Virus record (IMG/VR): IMGVR_UViG_3300048592_000962
Span: 32,001-96,000 of that record
From: a virus
Length of the DNA: 64,000 nt
Reading direction: 5' to 3' (one strand)
Below the pieces are notes generated by a model, which saw nothing but the letters and a program-made list of their open reading frames with translations, was not told the origin of the DNA and searched no databases. Shown piece by piece: positions 55,768 to 64,000 of the stretch (within the stretch, counting starts at the first letter, position 1; the number at the start of each line of letters is the position of its first letter). Position numbers and translations under genes: made by a program.

Positions 55768-56649
55768 ATGGACGACCGCCAGTTCGACGCCTACAGCAGC
55801 TCCGTCTCTGCACTCGCCAACCACCCGCACTACCCGGTGGGGCACGTGCTGCTCAAGAATCGTCGCCTGTTTGCCTCGATGGGCATCGAAGACCCCTTGG
55901 GACAGAAGCTCGGCAAGGGCACCTTCGGGCACGCCTTCAAGGTACCGCTACTCGGAGACAGCGTTCTGAAGCTGACCCGCGATCCGACCGAAATGCAGGC
56001 TGCCTTCCTTCTTCGTGGCAAGAAGAGCCGGCGCATCGTGCACGTGTACGACGTGTGGGCGATCCCTGGTACCTTCCACAAGGACCTACGCGGCTGGTAC
56101 CTGATCCACAGGGAATACCTGCACCCTCTGTCGAAGCGCGACAAGAATCTGATCGAGAACCTGTTCGCACTCTTCGACGACGAGAGTCTCGACCTGGTGA
56201 TCCCTCGCTCACAGAAGCAGCACGCCACGCTGGCCAAGTGGCGCGGCTACATCCGGGACATGCTCGGCGGAGAGGGTCCGGTCAGCGGAGAGGGTGAGGA
56301 CGGAGTCCTTCGGTTCGGTGCCACGCACCTGAAGAAGGAAGTGCAGCGCGCGATGATCCTGTTGATTCAGATCGGAGAGGCCGTCGAGGAGATGCGCCGT
56401 GCAGGCATCGACTGGGAAGACATCCACTCGGACAACATGTTGCGCAACGCAAAGGGTGACCTCGTGATTGGGGACATCGGGTTGGGCATGATGCAGGAGG
56501 ACTTCGAGCAACAGGTCCCCTGGCTCACCCACGAGGTGGCTACGGCGTACGTCGCTGCTAACCGCCCTCGCCCTCATCCTCCAGAACATCAGCCGGAGAC
56601 GGCAAGCGATCCTCGGCGCCAAGAGCAAGAAGCGACTCAAACGACCTGA
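55768..56649 (+). CDS. protein-kinase-like protein
   Basis: LGKGTFG, VLKLT, EDIHSDNML, IGDIG. Confidence 0.85.
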   Translation: MDDRQFDAYSSSVSALANHPHYPVGHVLLKNRRLFASMGIEDPLGQKLGKGTFGHAFKVPLLGDSVLKLTRDPTEMQAAFLLRGKKSRRIVHVYDVWAIPGTFHKDLRGWYLIHREYLHPLSKRDKNLIENLFALFDDESLDLVIPRSQKQHATLAKWRGYIRDMLGGEGPVSGEGEDGVLRFGATHLKKEVQRAMILLIQIGEAVEEMRRAGIDWEDIHSDNMLRNAKGDLVIGDIGLGMMQEDFEQQVPWLTHEVATAYVAANRPRPHPPEHQPETASDPRRQEQEATQTT

Positions 56650-57475
56650 GAAACGGCATCTCGTCGTTCAGAGCCCTCTCGAAGGTCGTCCGCATCACGT
56701 GTTCCGCCATCGCTTCCGCTGACTCGTGAACGCGCCTCATGAGCTTGTCGTGAAAACTTGACCTTAGCTCATCCGCAACGTAAGTCACCATCGCTGCCTC
56801 GCCGGTCTTCTTCAAGAACCGGTCGAAACCCTTCTTGATAGCCCGGTCCACCGTATCGCTCAGCGGCTGGCCCGGAGCCATCATCGCGGCAAAAATCCCG
56901 TCGATCTTGCTTTTCAGAATGCGCGCGAGTTTCGATTTGTCGTTGAGCTTTCCCCACGTGTCCAAGCCAATCTCGCTGTCGACAACGCCGTCGATGCACT
57001 TGGACACCACCGTGCGGATGCGATCACGAATGGCACCTTCATCGAGCAGTCGGTCCCTGTTGATGTGCCTTCGGATGATCGCACGGCTCATGGCGCGCAG
57101 CCCGTCGACCAGGTCTTCTGAGACTACTTCGCTTGCTGGACGCGACGCTCCTGGACGCGAGGTTCCAATCGACCCGACAACCGCGTCGTCCACGGGTTCG
57201 TGGGTAAATGGGTCTCGACGCTTGCCGTCGACCATCTCCAGTAGGCTGCGAATGTCGCGACGCAGAATCTCGTTCGTCTCGTGGATGCGCTCGTGGTATT
57301 CGCGAACGCGAATGTCTCCGCCGCGAAGCTCCTGCTGAATACGGTAATGGCTTTCGTCGATGGACTTGAGTCTTGGCTCCAGCTGCTCCAGGAAAAGCGT
57401 CCACTGGGCCACGTATTCGCGGAACTCCGTCTCCGTCATGTCGACGGGATGCTTCTTCTTCGCGGGTCTGGTCAC
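56558..57475 (-). CDS. hypothetical helical protein
   Basis: GTGA coupling to the helicase (alternative start 57439). Confidence 0.7.
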   Translation of the reverse strand: MTRPAKKKHPVDMTETEFREYVAQWTLFLEQLEPRLKSIDESHYRIQQELRGGDIRVREYHERIHETNEILRRDIRSLLEMVDGKRRDPFTHEPVDDAVVGSIGTSRPGASRPASEVVSEDLVDGLRAMSRAIIRRHINRDRLLDEGAIRDRIRTVVSKCIDGVVDSEIGLDTWGKLNDKSKLARILKSKIDGIFAAMMAPGQPLSDTVDRAIKKGFDRFLKKTGEAAMVTYVADELRSSFHDKLMRRVHESAEAMAEHVMRTTFERALNDEMPFLRSFESLLALGAEDRLPSPADVLEDEGEGG

Positions 57476-59481
57476 AGCTTGAATCCCATCTGCTGGCCGA
57501 TCGGCGTCTTGTCGACCGGAGCTGGTTGCACGTACCCGGTCACGGGGACGTCTGCCTCCGTGATGAACATGGACGGCTCGCATGGCCGATCTTCTTCGCG
57601 CTTCAGCGGGTAGCTCATCCAAAGCTCGTCGCGGGCACGGGTCGCGGCGACGTAGAACACGCGACGCTCCTCGATCAGATCTGCGCGCGACGACGGGAAC
57701 AGTCCCTGCACCAGCTGAGGCAGGTAGACGACGCCCCACTCGGCCCCCTTGGCTTTGTGCACCGTCGAGACCGTCACCGCGTTGACCTTCCTCCCACGGT
57801 GCATCTTGTCGATCTTATCCAGCATCGACACCAGCTCCTGTGTCGTCTGAAACGAATCAGCGAGACCCATGAAGGTCTCCACCGTCTTCTTCGGAGACTG
57901 ATCCTCGCTCTCCTCGGCCTCCGTCTTCTTCGTGTCGAGCAGCTCCGTGCTCTCGACGATCGACCGAACAACGACCGATGCCGACTTCTTCGCTCCGATG
58001 CGGTCCCTCACCGTCTGAATGAACCGCACCCACGAACCCAGGCACATGTGCTGCCAATCCGTCAGCTGCGCATTCGACAAGGCGCGAGTCCCTGCGGCCA
58101 GGTGATCGTCGTCCGGCTGCACGCACGCGAGAACCTTCTCGGTGAGCGCCTTTCCTCCACGGAAGGTCGGGACGCTGAAGTTTGCGGCGAGGTCCTTGTC
58201 GCTGGACGTGCCGAGCGCAGCGCGCAGCATGCCAGCGATCATCCGAGCTTCCTTCGTCTCGAAGAACGACGAGCCGCTGACGAGTCGATACGGAATGTTT
58301 GCCCGAGCCAGAGCCATCTCGACCGAGCAGGTCATGAAGTTCATGCGTACGAGGACGGCCTGGTCTCGGAACTGAGCTGAGTTGGAGTCGTAGCGAGCCT
58401 GGATCGTCTCTGCGATTGCGTCCGCCTCCTCCACGGAGGTCATGAACGCGTGCGCGTGCACCACGCCGTGGACCTTGCGCTCGCAGGTCATCTCCATCGG
58501 GAGATCGTCCTCGTCGCACAACACCGAGTTGGCCGGCATGTTGCCGATGATGTTGTTGGCCACCTGGATGACCTCCAGGCAGGACCGGTAGTTGCGGTGC
58601 ATGAACACCGTCTTCGCGCCAGCCCAGATCTTGTCGAACTCCAGGATGTGTCGCGGATTCGAGCCGCGGAAGCCGTAGATCGACTGCGCAGGATCGCCGA
58701 CGACGACATAGCACCGGTGCTGGTCCGCAAGAGCCTCCGCGATGAAGGCCTGCGTCATGTTCTCGTCCTGCGCCTCGTCTTGGAGGATGTGCTTCCACCT
58801 GGCCGACCACCGCTCGCGCACGGAAGAGTTCTCGCGCAGCAGCATCGCGCTCTCGTAAAGCATGTCGTCGAAGCCGACGAAGGTCTGCAAGCCACCCATG
58901 TGAAAGATGCCTTCGTCGCGACGAATCTTCTCAGTCAGCAAGAAGACGGAAATCAAGTCGTCCGCCGAGATGCTCTCCGCATCCGGCTCCGCCGACGTCC
59001 GCAGAGCGATCTCCCTGACCTTCGGATGCTCCAGCCCGAGTCGCGACATCGCATCGTCCACGGGGACCATCTCCGACTTCACTCTGGAGGAGAACCGAGC
59101 CAGAGCCTTCTTGCGCGGCTCCAGGCCCAGGCGTCGAAACGCCTCCTGGCTCGCCTTCGTCCAGAGGAGTCCGGTGGTGTCGATGTTGCCCTGGCCGATC
59201 TCACGCTTGTAGATCTCCAGCGCCAGCGAGTGAAACGTCCTCACCGACCCGTCGACCTGGTGCGACGGCAGTCGCTTCGAGATCCTCTTGCTCATCTCGT
59301 CGCGAGCGATGCGCGAGAACGAGATCAGAAGAATCCGATCCGGACTGATGCCTCGCTTCTCCACGAGGTGCGCCACACGCTCCACGAGCGCCGTCGTCTT
59401 CCCTGCGCCGGCAACAGCACCGACGCGCAGCGGGCCGTCGCCGTGGTTGACGACTTCTTCTTGCTCCGGGTTCAAGCTCAC
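57472..59481 (-). CDS. UvrD/Rep/PcrA-family SF1 helicase
   Basis: AVAGAGKT, TFHSL, DEAQD, VGDPAQSIYGFRG, NYRS, TVHKAKGAEW, YVAATRA. Confidence 0.95.
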   Translation of the reverse strand: MSLNPEQEEVVNHGDGPLRVGAVAGAGKTTALVERVAHLVEKRGISPDRILLISFSRIARDEMSKRISKRLPSHQVDGSVRTFHSLALEIYKREIGQGNIDTTGLLWTKASQEAFRRLGLEPRKKALARFSSRVKSEMVPVDDAMSRLGLEHPKVREIALRTSAEPDAESISADDLISVFLLTEKIRRDEGIFHMGGLQTFVGFDDMLYESAMLLRENSSVRERWSARWKHILQDEAQDENMTQAFIAEALADQHRCYVVVGDPAQSIYGFRGSNPRHILEFDKIWAGAKTVFMHRNYRSCLEVIQVANNIIGNMPANSVLCDEDDLPMEMTCERKVHGVVHAHAFMTSVEEADAIAETIQARYDSNSAQFRDQAVLVRMNFMTCSVEMALARANIPYRLVSGSSFFETKEARMIAGMLRAALGTSSDKDLAANFSVPTFRGGKALTEKVLACVQPDDDHLAAGTRALSNAQLTDWQHMCLGSWVRFIQTVRDRIGAKKSASVVVRSIVESTELLDTKKTEAEESEDQSPKKTVETFMGLADSFQTTQELVSMLDKIDKMHRGRKVNAVTVSTVHKAKGAEWGVVYLPQLVQGLFPSSRADLIEERRVFYVAATRARDELWMSYPLKREEDRPCEPSMFITEADVPVTGYVQPAPVDKTPIGQQMGFKL

Positions 59482-59717
59482 AGAGTCTCCTCGTACTTCA
59501 TCGCCTCAAGGCCGCGTACGGCTTCATCCACGCACTCAGTGCACACCTGGAAACGTGACCGGTCGCCCAACATGTACGCGTGATCGATGTCCGTGAGCAC
59601 GAACTCGAACACATCCAACGGGCGCCCACATAGCGCGTGCTTCTGCGGCTCACGTGGCGACCGAATGCACTTGACGTGCCCTGGTCGCTCCGGAGCCTCG
59701 GGCTGCCTCACGTTCAT
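59478..59717 (-). CDS. small Cys-containing protein
   Basis: HALCG..CTEC. Confidence 0.65.
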   Translation of the reverse strand: MNVRQPEAPERPGHVKCIRSPREPQKHALCGRPLDVFEFVLTDIDHAYMLGDRSRFQVCTECVDEAVRGLEAMKYEETL

Positions 59718-61555
59718 GCCTCTTTCGCCCTGCTCTTCGCCTTCGCGAGCTGCTTCTTCATCTCGGCCATCTCCTCTTTCAGCTCGGTCAGCTCGCGCTC
59801 GACGTCGTCGTCCTCGAACCGCGCACGGATCTGCTCTCGGCCCCCTTCCGCGTCTTCGGCCATGGCCCCCGCCGCCGCACCCAGCTTGGCGAGCTTCATG
59901 AGGTGCTTCCGCATCTTGTTCATGCGCGGGCCGACCAGCTCTTTCGTGGACGCCGCCATCTGAAGCTTGCAGACGGTTGCGATCGCGTCCGAGTGCGGCA
60001 GAAGATTCGTGTGCTCGGCGCCCGTCTGAAGAAGCACCGCCATGAGGAACTTCGCCAACTCTTTGCCGTCCGGGCTCTGGAGAGCGACCTGCACCATGGG
60101 GGAGTCCGCGAACATCTCCTTCGCGAGATCGACGAAGATCTCACCGGCCTCGTTGGCCGCCGCCAACTTCAGACCCAAGCCAACCGCGTCCGTGATGTCC
60201 CTGCCCTGCTTCTTCAACGTCTCACTCATCTTGTTCTCCCTGTGAAAATGGGAAGTTGCGATCATCGCCGGTACGGCATCGCGGACATCCTCGTGTGACT
60301 GGAATCGCCCGGTAATCATGTTCAGACGACGAATGGTAGCGTCGACTTCAATCGTCTGCTGCGCCAACGCATTCATTGCGTTCAGCTCATCGCTGACGTC
60401 TTTGACGTGAGCCTCCACAGTCGGGATGTCCATGAAGCCGTAAGCATCAATGTCGTGGTACCTTGACGAGCGGTGCAGCAACATGATGGCGGCCTGCTCA
60501 CGTGCGATGCGTGCCAACTCGCGCAGCACGTAGCAAGCCTTTCGCGCCGCCTCCTCCGTGTTGGCAGACATGAACCCATCGAGCATGGCCGCTAGGTCCT
60601 GGTAGTCCTGCGATCTGTCGCCGAGGTGTTCTGAGCGAAAGGAGAGCGTGTCTTCCAGCAGATGATCGAGCCGTTGGTGGATTGCTCGGCGCAGATCTCT
60701 GGCTTCGCCCTGTTGCGCATGAGGCTTTACCTGATGCTCTGCGGCATGCGCTGCCATATCCGCAAGATCGGCGTACATCTTCGAATCACTGTCGCCCATC
60801 GCTGACCTTTCCTGCCTGCGCTTCTGGATCCGCTTAGCGACATCCTTGGCGACATTCTTGGCGAGTTCCATCTGTCTATCAGACGGAGGTAGCTGCGGGA
60901 TCGTCCACGTGCTCGGGGCCGCAGGCTCGTTATACCTGATGTGCAGCTCGCCCACCGATACGTGGTGGTGCCCGTGCGCTTCTGCCAGCGTGACCAGGTG
61001 CTTGAGCAAGCGGAGAACCGCGCTCTGCTCGTCCTCGTCAGCTTGGGGGAACATGCTCGACGCGAGCGGACCTCCGAGCCACTTGAGTGCTGCGTCGATG
61101 GTCGCTATGACGTCCTTGGCGCTTACGGGCTCCTCTTTGCAAATCAGCCAAAGCGCGTCGCACGCCTCGTGATACAACGAGGTCATCCCAAGAGACTGAT
61201 TCTCGCCGCGTCGAATGGCTAAAACAGACGCCAGTAGGCGCACCACGCTACCCAACTGAGCCGCGGATAGATAAACAGGCGGGGCCTTCTCCTCGCGAAT
61301 CTTGGCGATCTTGCCGTCGTACCAGTCATTGAACGTCCCGTGGTTGGCTGGCTCCACGCCGTTGCGGAAACACTGGTCGCACAGCATCGCGCGAGACACG
61401 CCGGCAACCATCCATCCAGACGGAATGTACTTGTGCGGGTATTGCGAAATCTGCTTGTTGGACTTTGCAATAGCGCCGCACCCCGTGCAGACACTATCGG
61501 CGCCATTTTCAGACGTGGGGGCGTATGGAGCCTCGAAGACGTAGCCTGGTTTCAC
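59714..61555 (-). CDS. large multidomain hypothetical protein with N-terminal Zn finger
   Basis: CTGC..CDQC. GTGA coupling at 61552-61555. Possible internal start at MSETLKK. Confidence 0.7.
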   Translation of the reverse strand: MKPGYVFEAPYAPTSENGADSVCTGCGAIAKSNKQISQYPHKYIPSGWMVAGVSRAMLCDQCFRNGVEPANHGTFNDWYDGKIAKIREEKAPPVYLSAAQLGSVVRLLASVLAIRRGENQSLGMTSLYHEACDALWLICKEEPVSAKDVIATIDAALKWLGGPLASSMFPQADEDEQSAVLRLLKHLVTLAEAHGHHHVSVGELHIRYNEPAAPSTWTIPQLPPSDRQMELAKNVAKDVAKRIQKRRQERSAMGDSDSKMYADLADMAAHAAEHQVKPHAQQGEARDLRRAIHQRLDHLLEDTLSFRSEHLGDRSQDYQDLAAMLDGFMSANTEEAARKACYVLRELARIAREQAAIMLLHRSSRYHDIDAYGFMDIPTVEAHVKDVSDELNAMNALAQQTIEVDATIRRLNMITGRFQSHEDVRDAVPAMIATSHFHRENKMSETLKKQGRDITDAVGLGLKLAAANEAGEIFVDLAKEMFADSPMVQVALQSPDGKELAKFLMAVLLQTGAEHTNLLPHSDAIATVCKLQMAASTKELVGPRMNKMRKHLMKLAKLGAAAGAMAEDAEGGREQIRARFEDDDVERELTELKEEMAEMKKQLAKAKSRAKEA

Positions 61556-61707
61556 GGCATGCCTCGGTCGTCGAGATCGATGGCCATCAGCAGGCACAGT
61601 GAGGCCATGGAGCATACTGCGCTCTCAAGCCATGAGCCGCGGAACGCTGCGGCCACGGACCAGCCCAACGAGCCTCCGAGAGCGAACAACTTGGCTCGAC
61701 GCCACAT
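61552..61707 (-). CDS. small two-TM protein
   Basis: MWRRAKLFALGG..., coupled. Confidence 0.5.
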   Translation of the reverse strand: MWRRAKLFALGGSLGWSVAAAFRGSWLESAVCSMASLCLLMAIDLDDRGMP

Positions 61708-61732
61708 GGACGGCACGCTGACACGATAGTTC

Positions 61733-61761
61733 TTGTCTGACAAGTACATTCGACGTACCCT
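61733..61761 (+). promoter_or_regulatory. promoter TTGTCT-N17-TACCCT overlapped by operator-like GTACATTCGACGTAC
   Basis: 6 nt before ATG 61768, at a divergent junction. Confidence 0.65.
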
Positions 61762-61767
61762 CGGCGC

Positions 61768-62124
61768 ATGTCCGAAGAGCTGGAGTTTCAGTTGGGCGCA
61801 GACGTACAACAGCAGATGGCAGCGGTGGCCGAGGCGGTGAAGCTGTGGGCAGCAAGCGACTACCGTCGTGTGGAGGTCGTCGAGTCGTTTTCTGTGACGC
61901 AGACCGGGGGCCTGGTGGTTCGAAAGCCGGGGGAGGTGGTTCGGCTCACGTACGCGCTCTTCAGCTGCACGACGGGTGCGCAAGTTGGTACGATCCGCTT
62001 CGTGATCCGCGCACACCTCGACATGCAGGCCGTGTGGTGGGAAGCCAACGGCAGCGGCAACGACGTGCTGAAGGCCGCGAACGTGCCGGTGCGGAAGACA
62101 AACGAATCGGGAGCGGTGACGTGA
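61768..62124 (+). CDS. hypothetical protein
   Basis: 118 aa. Confidence 0.7.
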   Translation: MSEELEFQLGADVQQQMAAVAEAVKLWAASDYRRVEVVESFSVTQTGGLVVRKPGEVVRLTYALFSCTTGAQVGTIRFVIRAHLDMQAVWWEANGSGNDVLKAANVPVRKTNESGAVT

Positions 62125-62309
62125 GCACGATGAAGTCCGCCGACCTGCTGCACCTCCACCGGGGCGGCAACGAGACCACCTTGTGCGGCATCCCCTTGCA
62201 ACGAGCGTCGTCATCGCTTCGGCTGCTGTACTGGGAAACCAGTCAGCGGGAGGGTGTCTGCGCTACGTGCGCTCGGATCGGACACGACATGCGTCAGGTG
62301 CCGCTGTGA
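62121..62309 (+). CDS. small Zn-finger-like protein
   Basis: H..TLCG..CATC; coupled. Confidence 0.6.
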   Translation: MSTMKSADLLHLHRGGNETTLCGIPLQRASSSLRLLYWETSQREGVCATCARIGHDMRQVPL

Positions 62310-62674
62310 AGAAGGTTGGTCTGCTGTTCCATCGAAGCGGGCGTCCTCCTGTCGTTTCGCACGCGGACGTCGCCCGGACACCCTCTGCGAGGGCCCACGG
62401 GCTACGCAGCCGATCTGGACTCTCCCCCTACGAGTCGATGCTCTTCGTCTGGAATGGCTTGACCGATGATCCGTTCACGATGGTCGGCATCCCCTTCCCA
62501 CTCGACTTCGTGTTTCTGGACCGAGGCTCGCGAATCGTCGACATCCGGCATCGCGTGCCCCCTGGCACACCTCGCGTGTTCGCGAGAAGGCTGTTTCAGT
62601 ACGCGATCGAGCTGCCTGCGGGGTTCTGCGACACGCACGGCATTTCTGTTGGCGATTGGGTCTCCACCACGTAG
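62306..62674 (+). CDS. DUF192-family protein
   Basis: VARTPSARAHGL..MLFV..FTM..FPLDFVFLD..YAIELPAG..GISVGD. Confidence 0.85.
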   Translation: MKKVGLLFHRSGRPPVVSHADVARTPSARAHGLRSRSGLSPYESMLFVWNGLTDDPFTMVGIPFPLDFVFLDRGSRIVDIRHRVPPGTPRVFARRLFQYAIELPAGFCDTHGISVGDWVSTT

Positions 62675-62725
62675 GGCGCGTGGCTGGAGTTGCGGCGGCG
62701 CACGGTGTAGCCTAACGGCAACGCC

Positions 62726-63100
62726 ATGTCGCATCCGCGCTCCCTCGGGCAGATAGCCTTCAAGCCCAGCACCGCAGCGGCGCTCGCGAGAGCCTCGTCG
62801 GCGCTGAAACCTTCGTTGCTGACCGCGCTTGCGCCTGCATACGAGACAGGGGCATCCGAGCGCACGGCCGAAGAGCAGGCGCAGCTCCAGTCTCGCTTCA
62901 ACGAGGCGGGCGCAACGATCGATGCGGCGCTTCGACAAGCGGCAGAGCAGGAGGCGGCAGAACAGGCTCGTGCACAGGCCGAGGCTGCGACGCCGTTCTA
63001 TTTGAAGAAGTACGGTCCGCTACCGCTGTGGGCTTGGGCAACGGGCGGCGTTGCGGCCATCGGGGTCGGCGCGTTCCTGCTGCGACGGAGGAGATCGTGA
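62726..63100 (+). CDS. small membrane protein
   Basis: RSLGQ, GPLPLWAW TM, RRRR. Confidence 0.8.
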   Translation: MSHPRSLGQIAFKPSTAAALARASSALKPSLLTALAPAYETGASERTAEEQAQLQSRFNEAGATIDAALRQAAEQEAAEQARAQAEAATPFYLKKYGPLPLWAWATGGVAAIGVGAFLLRRRRS

Positions 63101-64000
63101 GCTACTCGCTTGGCCAGGTTACACCGGTGACGGTGACGAGCGGGGTGGGGGCGCAGATCGCAGCTGCGGCTGCTCAGGTGACGCAGCAGGTCTCGAAGAA
63201 CCGCATCATCGTGCCCGCCGACTGCGCGTCGATCCGAAGCAGCGGCGACACCCTCACCTCATTCGACGCCGCCAAGGAACTCCGCGCGGGCGAGTGGTTC
63301 ATCTGGGCCATCCCGCTGTCTCAGACACTCACGCCAGCACAGGCCTCCGCGCTCACAGGCGCCTTCGAGGGCGCGTTCTTCCCATTCGCGGCACAGTACC
63401 CCGTCAACGTCACCACTCCGTGCGAGCGGGCTATTCGCGATGCGCACGCCAAGAAGTGCAACCGCGAGTCCAAGGCGACATACATCCCTCACAAACAAGA
63501 CAACGCCAAGGTCACCGTCGAAGTCCAGAAGCACAACGAGGAGTCCGCTGGCCCTGCCAAGTATTGGGTCAGCCTTCTGCATCAGTTCACTGGGCCAGGT
63601 CACGACGGAAAGAAATTCTTCGGGTCCACCTATCCTGGTTTCATTGGATACCGAAACGTCGACGGCTCTCCGATGTTCGTCGTCGCGTTCCAGATGAATC
63701 CAGATCCGAAGGTCGACCTGTACGACCAGTCCGGCGCCGTCGCGAGCGGCAACGTGGCACGAGGATCGAAGCCGGTTGTGCGCGCGCTCGTTGCGCAGAA
63801 CCTGTTTACGAACGCACTCAAGCGTGCGGCGGTTCTGTCGAACCTTCCCGGACTGCTGTTCGGAGATCGACCCATCTCGGCGCTGATGAAGCTGAACAGG
63901 GTCACTGTTGAGCTTCGGTTCAAGGGGTCGCTAAAGCAGGCCGTCCGCGCGGGGTCGATGCCGCCGAATCCGATGTCCGCGCCAGATCGGGTGCTCACGG
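63097..64000 (+). CDS. putative virion protein, truncated by window edge (MSYSLGQVTP...)
   Basis: GTGA coupling; frame open to the end of the window; absent from the ORF track. Confidence 0.75.
   Translation, partial: MSYSLGQVTPVTVTSGVGAQIAAAAAQVTQQVSKNRIIVPADCASIRSSGDTLTSFDAAKELRAGEWFIWAIPLSQTLTPAQASALTGAFEGAFFPFAAQYPVNVTTPCERAIRDAHAKKCNRESKATYIPHKQDNAKVTVEVQKHNEESAGPAKYWVSLLHQFTGPGHDGKKFFGSTYPGFIGYRNVDGSPMFVVAFQMNPDPKVDLYDQSGAVASGNVARGSKPVVRALVAQNLFTNALKRAAVLSNLPGLLFGDRPISALMKLNRVTVELRFKGSLKQAVRAGSMPPNPMSAPDRVLT

Noticed and set aside
61744-61758. LexA/SOS box
   Set aside because: GTAC-N7-GTAC only loosely resembles known boxes, and the conserved central TTCGAC suggests a virus-specific operator.
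1-64000. tRNA/rRNA genes, integrase, IS elements, terminase/portal/tail genes, Nop-domain Tas gene
   Set aside because: None recognisable by eye. A divergent homolog cannot be excluded without HMM or structure searches.

Overview
High-GC (roughly 65-68% by eye) DNA that reads as part of a large virus genome. No ribosomal or housekeeping genes, integrase, terminase, portal or tail genes are recognisable. Layout: (i) 1-10.4 kb, a minus-strand train of small, translationally coupled early-type genes (DUF932, ParB-like, EpmC-like HExxH, a myxobacterial-style lipoprotein). (ii) 10.4-11.6 kb, a divergent non-coding control region. (iii) 11.7-47 kb, a plus-strand morphogenesis region with a transglutaminase-like Cys-His-Asp protein, about 20 small membrane proteins, a protamine-like Arg/Ser polyprotein and its paralog, and a probable major capsid protein plus two related beta-rich proteins. 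It also holds an inserted LAGLIDADG + IbrA/IbrB-like cassette, a J-domain protein and a lysis cassette. (iv) 47.8-48.4 kb, a non-coding 15-unit, 36-bp dual-repeat/dual-spacer array with TIGR architecture but no Tas gene in the window. (v) Glycosyltransferases, a methyltransferase, a kinase, a UvrD helicase and more membrane proteins. Best interpretation (inference): a large tailless, membrane-containing virus, probably of Myxococcota. The two strongest signals are the orphan TIGR-like guide array and a two-motif code shared by the virion proteins: Y-x(n)-[LMIF]-G on one side of the membrane and [VMLI]-x-x-N plus an Arg tail on the other. All family calls are motif recognition by eye; no searches were run.
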